From a virus (Duplodnaviria; Caudoviricetes): a stretch of 64,000 nt of DNA. Of this stretch, positions 56,722-64,000 are shown piece after piece. The position numbers and the translations under genes were made by a program. The stretch lies in the IMG/VR virus record IMGVR_UViG_3300035676_000001. The stretch is one strand, 5' to 3'. Below the pieces are notes generated by a model. The model saw only the letters and a list, made by a program, of their open reading frames with translations, was not told the origin of the DNA and ran no database searches. How positions within the stretch are numbered: position 1 is the first letter of the stretch; each line of letters begins with the position of its first letter.

Positions 56722-57779
56722 AGTGCGTTGCCCCTTGGAAGAACTTCCTCTGGGAACACAAAGTTCTCATGAGGTTGGTCTACTGGAGCCATCCAAGCAC
56801 GAAGACCTTCATTCAGAAGAATGTTCTTAGTGTAGAAGGTTTCAAACTCAGGATCCTCTGCTGCACGAATCTCCTGACTTACGAAATCATAAGCGCGAAG
56901 ATTAAGAGCGAGACCAATAATACCAATAGATGATGTCCAAAGCCCCATGACAGGCACAAATAACATGAAGAAATGAAGCCAACGCTTGTTGCTGAAAGCA
57001 ATACCAAATATCTGCGACCAGAAGCGGTTCGCAGTAACCATCGAATAAGTCTCTTCTTCTTGCGTAGGTTCAAATGCTTTGAAAGTGTTCGCTTGTTCAC
57101 CGTCTTCAAATAGAGTGTTTTCTACAGTTGCTCCGTGAATTGCACAGAGCAGTGCTCCACCTAGTATACCAGCAACTCCCATCATATGGAATGGGTTGAG
57201 GGTCCAGTTGTGGAAACCCTGAAGGAAAAGAAGGAACCTGAAGATTGCTGCCACACCAAATGAGGGTGCAAAGAACCAACTGGATTGTCCCAGTGGATAC
57301 ATCAGGAATACAGAAACGAATACTGCAATAGGACCAGAAAACGCAATAGCATTATAAGGACGGATGCCGACCAGACGAGCAATCTCAAACTGGCGAAGCA
57401 TAAATCCAATCAAACTAAAGGCGCCGTGGAGTGCCACAAAAGTCCAGAGTCCCCCAAGTTGGCACCACCTGACGAAATCCCCCTGAGCTTCAGGACCCCA
57501 GAGCAGAAGAAGAGAATGACCCATAGAGTCTGCTGGAGTACTAACTGCCGCAGTAAGAAAGTTTGCACCCTCAAGATAGGAACTTGCCAACCCGTGAGTA
57601 TACCAACTCGTAACGAAAGTTGTCCCAGTAAGCCAACCGCCAAGAGCAAGGTAAGCAGTGGGAAAAAGAAGAAGTCCAGACCAGCCAACAAAAACGAAAC
57701 GATCTCGCTTAACCCAGTCGTCGAGTACATCAAACCATCCCCTTTGTTGAATAGGTTGTGAAAGTGTTGAAGAAGTCAT
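56718..57779 (-). CDS. psbD: Photosystem II D2 protein
   Basis: [24 protein letters not shown]...[12 protein letters not shown]. Confidence 0.98.
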   Translation of the reverse strand: MTSSTLSQPIQQRGWFDVLDDWVKRDRFVFVGWSGLLLFPTAYLALGGWLTGTTFVTSWYTHGLASSYLEGANFLTAAVSTPADSMGHSLLLLWGPEAQGDFVRWCQLGGLWTFVALHGAFSLIGFMLRQFEIARLVGIRPYNAIAFSGPIAVFVSVFLMYPLGQSSWFFAPSFGVAAIFRFLLFLQGFHNWTLNPFHMMGVAGILGGALLCAIHGATVENTLFEDGEQANTFKAFEPTQEEETYSMVTANRFWSQIFGIAFSNKRWLHFFMLFVPVMGLWTSSIGIIGLALNLRAYDFVSQEIRAAEDPEFETFYTKNILLNEGLRAWMAPVDQPHENFVFPEEVLPRGNAL

Positions 57780-57800
57780 AGCCTCCCTAGTGATTTCTCA

Positions 57801-57834
57801 TATTTATGTTAACATATCTTAACAGAGAGGTCAA
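57801..57834 (-). promoter_or_regulatory. Overlapping sigma70-like and late promoters for psbD
   Basis: TTGACC-17 nt-TAACAT, then TAAATA. Confidence 0.65.
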
Positions 57835-57840
57835 TGAGTA

Positions 57841-58278
57841 TTAGTGCTCATCCCTATGCCGTTTAACATACTCAATCATATTTCTAATTAATTCAACATC
57901 TTCATTTACATAACCAATAGTTCTGTTACAGACATTGCAGAGAAGTCCACGAACCTCACCAGTTTTATGATTGTGGTCAACATAAAAAACATCTACTCCA
58001 CCACCTCTACCAGATTTTCTACCTTTCGGGTCAGTGGAATTGCAAATAGCACACTTATGCCCTTGTTTTTCTAACAGAGTATTATATTCCTCAATACCAA
58101 TACCATAAACTCTTTTCAAATTTTCATCCCTCTTTTTTACTGGGTCGTAATTTTCTTGTTGCTTTTTTACATAACATTTTTTACATTTTCCGTGATGCCC
58201 ATATGGACTACCGTTTCTTACAGTTTGATAGAACTCCGTAAGTGGCTTTAACTGATTGCAGATTTTACAAGTTTTCAT
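57841..58278 (-). mobile_element. Endonuclease VII-family homing endonuclease (F-CphI-like) between psbA and psbD
   Basis: CKIC..CKKC zinc ribbon; QGHKCAIC..VDHNHKTGEVRGLLCNVCNRTIG. Confidence 0.85.
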
Positions 58279-58330
58279 AGTCGGTTTAGTTGTTAAAGTT
58301 ATTATACCATAACTTTAAGTATTTAGCAAT

Positions 58331-58353
58331 AAAAAAGACCCCTTTCGGGGTCT
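58331..58353 (-). terminator. Intrinsic terminator after psbA
   Basis: AGACCCC-GAAA-GGGGTCT followed by a T tract. Confidence 0.9.
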
Positions 58354-58374
58354 CCGTTAGAAAAATCTAACTTA

Positions 58375-59457
58375 TCAACCAATCGCAGGAGCAGTCAAAG
58401 CAACAGGAGTTGCTTCGGCAGCAGCAAGGTCTAGTGGAAAGTTATGGGCGTTTCTCTCATGCATCACTTCCATTCCGAGTCCAGCACGGTTCAGGACATC
58501 TGCCCAAGTATTGAGCACACGACCCTGACTATCCAGAATACTCTGATTGAAATTCAGTCCGTTGAGATTAAAAGCCATGGTGCTAACACCAAGAGCAGTG
58601 AACCAAATACCAACTACTGGCCACGCCGCTAAAAAGAAGTGCAGCGAACGGGAATTATTAAAGGAAGCATATTGGAAAATAAGGCGTCCGAAATAACCGT
58701 GAGCAGCAACGATGTTGTAGGTCTCTTCTTCTTGACCGAACTTGTAACCATAGTTCTGCGACTCATTCTCAGTGGTTTCACGAACCAGCGAGGAAGTAAC
58801 CAGAGAACCGTGCATAGCACTGAACAGAGAACCACCGAAGACACCAGCAACTCCAAGCATGTGGAAGGGGTGCATCAGGATGTTGTGCTCTGCCTGGAAC
58901 ACAAGCATGTAGTTAAAAGTACCAGAGATACCCAGGGGCATCGCATCAGAGAAAGAACCTTGACCGAAAGGATAGACCAGGAATACAGCAGATGCAGCAG
59001 CAACAGGTGCCGAGTAAGCAACACAGATCCAAGGACGCATACCCAGGCGGTAGGAGAGTTCCCACTCACGACCCATGTAAGCGTAGATACCAATCAGGAA
59101 GTGGAACACAACCAGTTGGAACGGACCACCGTTGTAAAGCCACTCATCTAGGGAAGCAGCTTCCCAGATGGGGTAAAAGTGCAGTCCAATAGCATTGGAC
59201 GAAGGAATAACAGCACCAGAGATGATGTTGTTTCCGTACATGAGTGAACCAGCAACGGGTTCACGGATACCATCAATGTCCACAGGGGGAGCACCGATGA
59301 ATGCGATGATGAAACAAGTCGTAGCAGCAAGCAGGCAAGGAATCATCAGGACTCCAAACCAACCGACATAAAGACGATTATCGGTTGAAGTAACCCAATT
59401 GCAGAACTGTTCCCAAGTATTCGATTGTGATTTTTGACGTGAAAGTGTAGCAGTCAT
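58375..59457 (-). CDS. psbA: Photosystem II D1 protein (intronless)
   Basis: Contiguous 360-aa D1: [13 protein letters not shown]...[13 protein letters not shown]. Confidence 0.98.
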   Translation of the reverse strand: MTATLSRQKSQSNTWEQFCNWVTSTDNRLYVGWFGVLMIPCLLAATTCFIIAFIGAPPVDIDGIREPVAGSLMYGNNIISGAVIPSSNAIGLHFYPIWEAASLDEWLYNGGPFQLVVFHFLIGIYAYMGREWELSYRLGMRPWICVAYSAPVAAASAVFLVYPFGQGSFSDAMPLGISGTFNYMLVFQAEHNILMHPFHMLGVAGVFGGSLFSAMHGSLVTSSLVRETTENESQNYGYKFGQEEETYNIVAAHGYFGRLIFQYASFNNSRSLHFFLAAWPVVGIWFTALGVSTMAFNLNGLNFNQSILDSQGRVLNTWADVLNRAGLGMEVMHERNAHNFPLDLAAAEATPVALTAPAIG

Positions 59458-59471
59458 TTTTAATAAACAGG

Positions 59472-59576
59472 TAGTAAGACCATCAGGGAAATGGTGGAGT
59501 TACTATGCTCCCGCCACCCTCAGGCGGGATATGAGAGACGTAATTTATACACCCATAGGTCTCGGTTAACGGGTGT
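59472..59576 (-). ncRNA. PhotoRC-II-like structured psbA leader
   Basis: GAGAC..GUCUC, UCCCGCC/GGCGGGA and ACCAU/AUGGU hairpins in the psbA 5' UTR, matching my recollection of the cyanophage motif. Confidence 0.7.
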
Positions 59577-59620
59577 TGACAATGTTAAGAAATATGAGTA
59601 TTTCGTAACATTTGTTTACC

Positions 59621-59654
59621 TATTTATCATACTACGGTCTGGTTCTGGTGTCAA
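59621..59654 (-). promoter_or_regulatory. psbA sigma70 promoter with overlapping late promoter
   Basis: TTGACA-17 nt-TATGAT, running into ATAAATA. Confidence 0.85.
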
Positions 59655-59815
59655 GCCCTGTACTCTTCAATCTTATCCAGGACTTTGTTGAGATAATGAT
59701 GCGCCAACCACTTTGGATCGTACCCAGTCTTATTCATCCACTCGTTATCCAAGTCCTTTTTCAATTTAAGAACTTGAACTCTCATCTCATCTTTAGTTAG
59801 TTGATTTCTAGGCAT
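59651..59815 (-). CDS. 54-aa hypothetical protein (not in ORF track)
   Basis: MPRNQLTKDEMRVQVLKLKKDLDNEW..LAHHYLNKVLDKIEEYRA. Confidence 0.65.
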   Translation of the reverse strand: MPRNQLTKDEMRVQVLKLKKDLDNEWMNKTGYDPKWLAHHYLNKVLDKIEEYRA

Positions 59816-59853
59816 AAAAAAAGGACCCTCTTCTTTATATAGAAAAAGGTCCT
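59816..59853 (-). terminator. Terminator after the peroxiredoxin gene
   Basis: AGGACC..GGTCCT stem followed by a T tract. Confidence 0.65.
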
Positions 59854-59862
59854 CTTAATTTA

Positions 59863-60390
59863 TCAGACCTGTGCGGTTTCCCTCACAGTTGTTTTCACAT
59901 ATTCAAATACTGCTTCTGGAGTAGTTTCTTCATAAGGGTCAGTGTCGGCATTATCACGCTGCCCTGCTTCAACAAACAGTTTTTCAATAACACCGTTGTC
60001 TACCACAGCAGCGTAACGCCAACTGCGCTGACCGAAGCCAAGATTCGACTTGCTGACGAGCATACCCATCGAACGGGTGAAGTATGAGTTTCCATCGGGA
60101 ATCAGTTTTACATTTTGGATGTTTTGGTCTTGTGCCCAGGCATTCATTACAAATCCGTCATTAACAGAAATGCAGTAAATAGCATCCACACCAAGACTAA
60201 TAAAATCATCAAACTTCTCTTCAAAACCAGGCAGTTGATATGCACTGCAGGTAGGAGTAAATGCACCAGGAAGTGAGAAGATAACTACACGCTTACCATC
60301 AAAGAGTTCTGCGGAAGTGCGTGTTACAAATTCTCCATTTTCACGAAATTGAAATTGGACTTCGGGAATAGTATAACCTTCTTTACGCAT
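59863..60390 (-). CDS. Prx5-type peroxiredoxin (likely start MRKEG, GGAGG RBS)
   Basis: FSLPGAFTPTCS; SVNDGFVM; RSWRYA. Confidence 0.9.
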   Translation of the reverse strand: MRKEGYTIPEVQFQFRENGEFVTRTSAELFDGKRVVIFSLPGAFTPTCSAYQLPGFEEKFDDFISLGVDAIYCISVNDGFVMNAWAQDQNIQNVKLIPDGNSYFTRSMGMLVSKSNLGFGQRSWRYAAVVDNGVIEKLFVEAGQRDNADTDPYEETTPEAVFEYVKTTVRETAQV

Positions 60391-60401
60391 TTTAACCTCC
60401 A

Positions 60402-60521
60402 TCAGAACACACCAGGAATGATTTGTCCAGTGACCAGATACGAACCAGCAGCAGCAACGAATCCAATCATCGCAGCCCAACCATTAATGCGTTCTGCTTT
60501 TTCAGTAAAAATTTTGTTCAT
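60402..60521 (-). CDS. hli: High-light-inducible protein (39 aa, not in ORF track)
   Basis: MNKIFTEKAERINGWAAMIGFVAAAGSYLVTGQIIPGVF. Confidence 0.95.
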   Translation of the reverse strand: MNKIFTEKAERINGWAAMIGFVAAAGSYLVTGQIIPGVF

Positions 60522-60820
60522 TTGTTTTCTCCTTTATAAGGGTGTTGTTGTTTAAGTTCTGGATTGGGTTGGGAGAAGACCATAGGACTTTTGGTTTTAT
60601 TTTTGATAACAATAAAAGCGTCGTTCTGATATGATACGGTCCCAAATGGCTTTGCCCACTTTGCATTTGCTTCTGGGTGAGTCGCAGTTCCAGTTACTGC
60701 TACACCACCGATTTCAACAGAGAGTTTATCATTTTTATCCCAAGTACCTTCTTCTATAAGTTGTTGAAGAGCAATACTAAGTTGCCCCAACATATCACCA
60801 GTTACCACAGCAGCATTCAT
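60518..60820 (-). CDS. Hypothetical protein (likely start MNAAVV)
   Basis: Coupled between the microprotein and hli. Confidence 0.6.
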   Translation of the reverse strand: MNAAVVTGDMLGQLSIALQQLIEEGTWDKNDKLSVEIGGVAVTGTATHPEANAKWAKPFGTVSYQNDAFIVIKNKTKSPMVFSQPNPELKQQHPYKGENK

Positions 60821-60906
60821 CAATAAGTTTCCGCAACTTTCTCTACAGCATAACACAGAAGCACAAAAAAGGCAACTGAGGTAATAGTGAAAATTGTTTC
60901 AGTCAT
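60820..60906 (-). CDS. 28-aa single-TM microprotein
   Basis: MTETIFTITSVAFFVLLCYAVEKVAETY; 1-nt overlaps on both sides. Confidence 0.55.
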   Translation of the reverse strand: MTETIFTITSVAFFVLLCYAVEKVAETY

Positions 60907-61100
60907 CAGAAGATACCGAAGAAGAAGTTGCCAGTGCTAACATAAGAAATGATGCCAGCAACAAAACCGACCATTGCCCAGCGCCCATTAGTCCTCTCCT
61001 TTACTTGATTAGGTGTGAGCATACCATAGTTCTCATAATACATGGTGGGCTCTTTGGCAAACATATTTTGTTGCCCATACTCATTAGTTGTTACAGTCAT
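60906..61100 (-). CDS. hli: HLIP-family protein with N-terminal extension
   Basis: MTVTTNEYGQQNMFAKEP..KERTNGRWAMVGFVAG..TGNFFFGIF. Confidence 0.85.
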   Translation of the reverse strand: MTVTTNEYGQQNMFAKEPTMYYENYGMLTPNQVKERTNGRWAMVGFVAGIISYVSTGNFFFGIF

Positions 61101-61127
61101 TGTACATTCATTAAGAATTGTTACACA

Positions 61128-61165
61128 ATTATATAGCAAAAATAAAGGGGCGTCAAGCCCCCTTT
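61128..61165 (-). promoter_or_regulatory. Terminator with embedded sigma70 promoter for the hli-prx operon
   Basis: AAAGGGGC-TTGAC-GCCCCTTT hairpin; TTGACG-17 nt-TATAAT. Confidence 0.8.
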
Positions 61166-61169
61166 GTGT

Positions 61170-61964
61170 TTATTTGTTTTCAAATCCTGGCGGTAGAGTT
61201 CCAAAATAAGGGTCATAGTCAAAGATTGCATTCCAGTCCTCAATGTTTGAGGAATCATTTCTCCAAAATTGCCAGAGACCTTCATAACTTGACTTATGGA
61301 AAACATCAATATGGTCAGTATGAATAGAAGACCCTAATTCAATCTTATAAAGAAACAGAGGAATCGCATAAGTATTCCCAGAATTGTAAATCAAGTCATC
61401 AGCGACTGCTCTTGGTTTAACTCCGTTATCAATCTTATACTTATCACCACGAACATGCAAATCAATTAATTTTTGTGCATGATGTCTTGTAATCAAGTAG
61501 CAAGCAGTAGAAAAGTCATTCACAAATCTACGATGCAATTTCAAATGAACCTGTGCAGGATTAATGATTGCAAGTTGAACTACATCATAAGCATAAGGAA
61601 TCTTAGAAAAGAAATCTTTCCAACTGAATCCCCAGTGCTTAACAGGTTCTAAATCACAATCATCCTCCATAATCAAAGCACAAGGAGAATCAGAGTTCTC
61701 TAAGAAGTGCTTCAGTGCCTTCAAATGAGATGTAGTGCAACCTACCTCACCAGAAGACATCATATCAGGATAACGACCTTTGAGGATGTCTCCAAGGTCT
61801 CTACCATCCCTACCATCATAAGCAGAGATGCGAGTATAGTTTTCAATCTCCCAATACTTAAATTGACCTTCCATATACTCTGCTCTTTCTGGTTGTTCAT
61901 CCAGATTGAGATAATAGATGGGAGGAAGACCCTTAAGTTTATATACTGCCTTATTTCTATCCAT
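61170..61964 (-). CDS. GT25-like glycosyltransferase
   Basis: IYYLNLD..ERAEYM..GEVGCTTSHL..ALIMEDD. Confidence 0.8.
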   Translation of the reverse strand: MDRNKAVYKLKGLPPIYYLNLDEQPERAEYMEGQFKYWEIENYTRISAYDGRDGRDLGDILKGRYPDMMSSGEVGCTTSHLKALKHFLENSDSPCALIMEDDCDLEPVKHWGFSWKDFFSKIPYAYDVVQLAIINPAQVHLKLHRRFVNDFSTACYLITRHHAQKLIDLHVRGDKYKIDNGVKPRAVADDLIYNSGNTYAIPLFLYKIELGSSIHTDHIDVFHKSSYEGLWQFWRNDSSNIEDWNAIFDYDPYFGTLPPGFENK

Positions 61965-62770
61965 TAGATTCTAGCCCAACGCTCAGGAATTAAATCTTTA
62001 GTGTCTTTATCTTGATTACCTTCACCAAACCACTTTTCAGGAGCCACAACATCATCAGATTCAGATAACCAGGCACCCCACCAACTGAAAGAAGAGTTAG
62101 CAATAATGTGTTGTTTACAAAGACTCATCAGACACAAATCAACATATTGGTCACCAGATTCAGAAATCATAAACCTATCATCGGAGAATAGGTCTTGTTC
62201 TTTACACCATTCAGGGTCATCAGAAAATACAATGACTGTTGAAGTATCATTAAAATGCTTAAGTGCCTTTTGATAATACTCCAAATCAAGTGCGGTATGA
62301 TTTGGATTCTGAAGATAATCTGTGCGACGAACATGAAGACTGATTGCTTCTCCAACTGAACCAATCATTTCTTTACAAGGTTCTAGAATCTCATCCTTAA
62401 ACGAAAAGTCCGCACGAATCTCATCCTCAATATGTTTGAAGTATTTTTCAGATTGAAAGAATCCAGCAAGACTAATCTCATCAGGGCACATCGTGAAGAG
62501 TGTTTCATCAAAATGAAAATATCTTTCTTCTGCTACTGGTGCATATCCCCTATCTAAAAGTTTAATATTATGAGGGAGAACATGTAACATTTTGAATGGA
62601 TAGAAGAGTTCAATCTTCAAATCAAATCCATAAGGATCTTTAGTTACTTGATTGTGATTGGGAATACAAAAATCATATCCGCGACGACGAGCAATACCTC
62701 TCAGAGAAGCATATTGGAACATTTGATTTCCAAGTCTTCCAAGTTGCCCAAGATAATTAAACGCTAGCAT
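61964..62770 (-). CDS. GT11 alpha-1,2-fucosyltransferase-like protein
   Basis: GRLGNQMFQYA; HVRRTDY; IIANSSFSWWGAWL. Confidence 0.9.
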   Translation of the reverse strand: MLAFNYLGQLGRLGNQMFQYASLRGIARRRGYDFCIPNHNQVTKDPYGFDLKIELFYPFKMLHVLPHNIKLLDRGYAPVAEERYFHFDETLFTMCPDEISLAGFFQSEKYFKHIEDEIRADFSFKDEILEPCKEMIGSVGEAISLHVRRTDYLQNPNHTALDLEYYQKALKHFNDTSTVIVFSDDPEWCKEQDLFSDDRFMISESGDQYVDLCLMSLCKQHIIANSSFSWWGAWLSESDDVVAPEKWFGEGNQDKDTKDLIPERWARI

Positions 62771-63581
62771 TCAGTTGATTCCTCCTCCTCTTAACATAGT
62801 CTTGATCCTCATAATACCTTATTATAGCATCTTTGTCCAGTGTTCGGATTACCTGCCAAAGATTATGATTATCCATAAACTTTGGATTATGATAATGAGA
62901 ATTAAATGTTCTACCGTGCTCAAGATGATAGACAACATCCTTAACACGACCGACTCGATATCCTAGAGCCTGAAGACGATAGTAATATTCACAATCCTCG
63001 GCACCCCAGGAAATAAAGTTCTCATTCCACATATAAGAGTCAATATAAACTTGACGCTTAATCATTTGACCCCAACCCATTACGGAGGGTTGGAGATTGC
63101 AATTAGGTTGAAGAACAGTCAAATCAAACTCAGATTTGATAAAGGCATCAAACAAAGGCACTGGATAATCAACTGCCCATTGATAGACACCACAACCATA
63201 AGGATAGACAGCATCAAAACCACCTTGAGTAATCATCTCATAGGCAGTGCGATAACTGGTTACGGGATAAACAACATCCACATCGTAATTATAAACAACC
63301 TCAGTATTTGCTGCTAGAAGCAAATCGTTCAGGATTTTAGTTTTATAAAAGAACTTATTGTCTGATTGTTCGAAAATATGTCGAATATTATCAGGAACTT
63401 TACCAAATATTTTTACTAATATGGGAACTACTCTCTCCCGAAAAATAGATTGAGTATCATTCTCCTTTATAATAATAGGACATTGTGGGAAATGATAGGA
63501 AAGATAACTGACTGAAGTAATTACATTTTTCAGTCGGTCTTCCGATTCAATCCGACAAGGCATTAAGAAACTTAAGTTCAT
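62757..63581 (-). CDS. GT2/GT7-like glycosyltransferase
   Basis: YDVDVV DxD motif; WNENFISWGAEDCE; YHLEH. Confidence 0.8.
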   Translation of the reverse strand: MNLSFLMPCRIESEDRLKNVITSVSYLSYHFPQCPIIIKENDTQSIFRERVVPILVKIFGKVPDNIRHIFEQSDNKFFYKTKILNDLLLAANTEVVYNYDVDVVYPVTSYRTAYEMITQGGFDAVYPYGCGVYQWAVDYPVPLFDAFIKSEFDLTVLQPNCNLQPSVMGWGQMIKRQVYIDSYMWNENFISWGAEDCEYYYRLQALGYRVGRVKDVVYHLEHGRTFNSHYHNPKFMDNHNLWQVIRTLDKDAIIRYYEDQDYVKRRRNQLNASV

Positions 63582-64000
63582 AGTTCAACCTCAACCCAAG
63601 ATTCAGGAAGAAGGTCACCCATATAATAATCATTATATTGAGGACCAAACCAAGGCTTAGGAGCAATAATAGGTTGTACTGGATTACGAATTAACCAGGC
63701 ACCCCACCAACTCATAGAACTATTCGCAATGATACCTCCAGAACAAAGAGACATCATACACAAATCAAAATATGGAATCAAAGAATTTTGTCTCCCATCA
63801 TTCGTATCACAAGTCTGAGGATATTTTTCTTGATACTCAGACATCATAAAGCGGTCATCAGAGAATAGTTCTTGCTCTTTACACCACTCAATATCGTCAG
63901 AGAAAACAAGAACGGGAGAAGTGCTGTTGAAATATTCTAATGCCTTTTGATAATACTCAATCGAACATACTGGATGTGCGTTTTGACTATTCACATAATC
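63578..64000 (-). CDS. Second GT11 fucosyltransferase-like protein (5' part off window)
   Basis: Frame open to the window edge (..DYVNSQN..); VFSDD; IIANSSMSWWGAWL. Confidence 0.85.
   Translation of the reverse strand, partial: DYVNSQNAHPVCSIEYYQKALEYFNSTSPVLVFSDDIEWCKEQELFSDDRFMMSEYQEKYPQTCDTNDGRQNSLIPYFDLCMMSLCSGGIIANSSMSWWGAWLIRNPVQPIIAPKPWFGPQYNDYYMGDLLPESWVEVEL

Noticed and set aside
57285-59330. Several alternative-frame and antisense ORFs inside psbA/psbD
   Set aside because: Expected by-products of strong codon bias in photosystem genes
58375-59457. Group I intron in psbA
   Set aside because: The reading frame is continuous and full length (360 aa)
1-64000. tRNA genes or stop-codon reassignment
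   Set aside because: No T-loop (GTTCGAATC-like) cloverleaf noticed by eye; conserved genes end at standard stops with expected lengths. A tRNAscan-SE run would be definitive

Overview
This window is a segment of a T4-like cyanomyovirus genome (~35-40% GC by eye, almost all genes on the - strand). In coordinate order it contains: (i) a baseplate/tail-hub block (gp5, gp26, gp51, gp54-like, gp4, gp2, gp48, gp53) with a dual-muralytic hub protein; (ii) a Mom-like DNA modifier and a GIY-YIG/NUMOD3 endonuclease next to the gp32-gp59-gp33-exonuclease-phoH-thyX block; (iii) a glutamine (glnA-type) riboswitch in front of an unannotated 33-aa basic peptide, and an apparently free-standing ~100-nt sRNA with a consensus sigma70 promoter and its own terminator; (iv) a ~35-kb hypervariable array of tail-fibre/receptor-binding genes built from recurrent fibre + cognate-partner cassettes, interrupted by sigma70-driven islands of 2OG-Fe(II) oxygenases and a sulfotransferase-like gene; (v) a photosynthesis module (HNH, psbD, EndoVII/F-CphI-like homing endonuclease, intronless psbA with a synonymously recoded 3' end, PhotoRC-II-like leader, peroxiredoxin, two hli genes); (vi) a glycosyltransferase cluster running off the right edge. 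I saw no tRNA, CRISPR array, reverse transcriptase or site-specific recombinase. Family assignments come from motifs recognised by eye, not from database searches.
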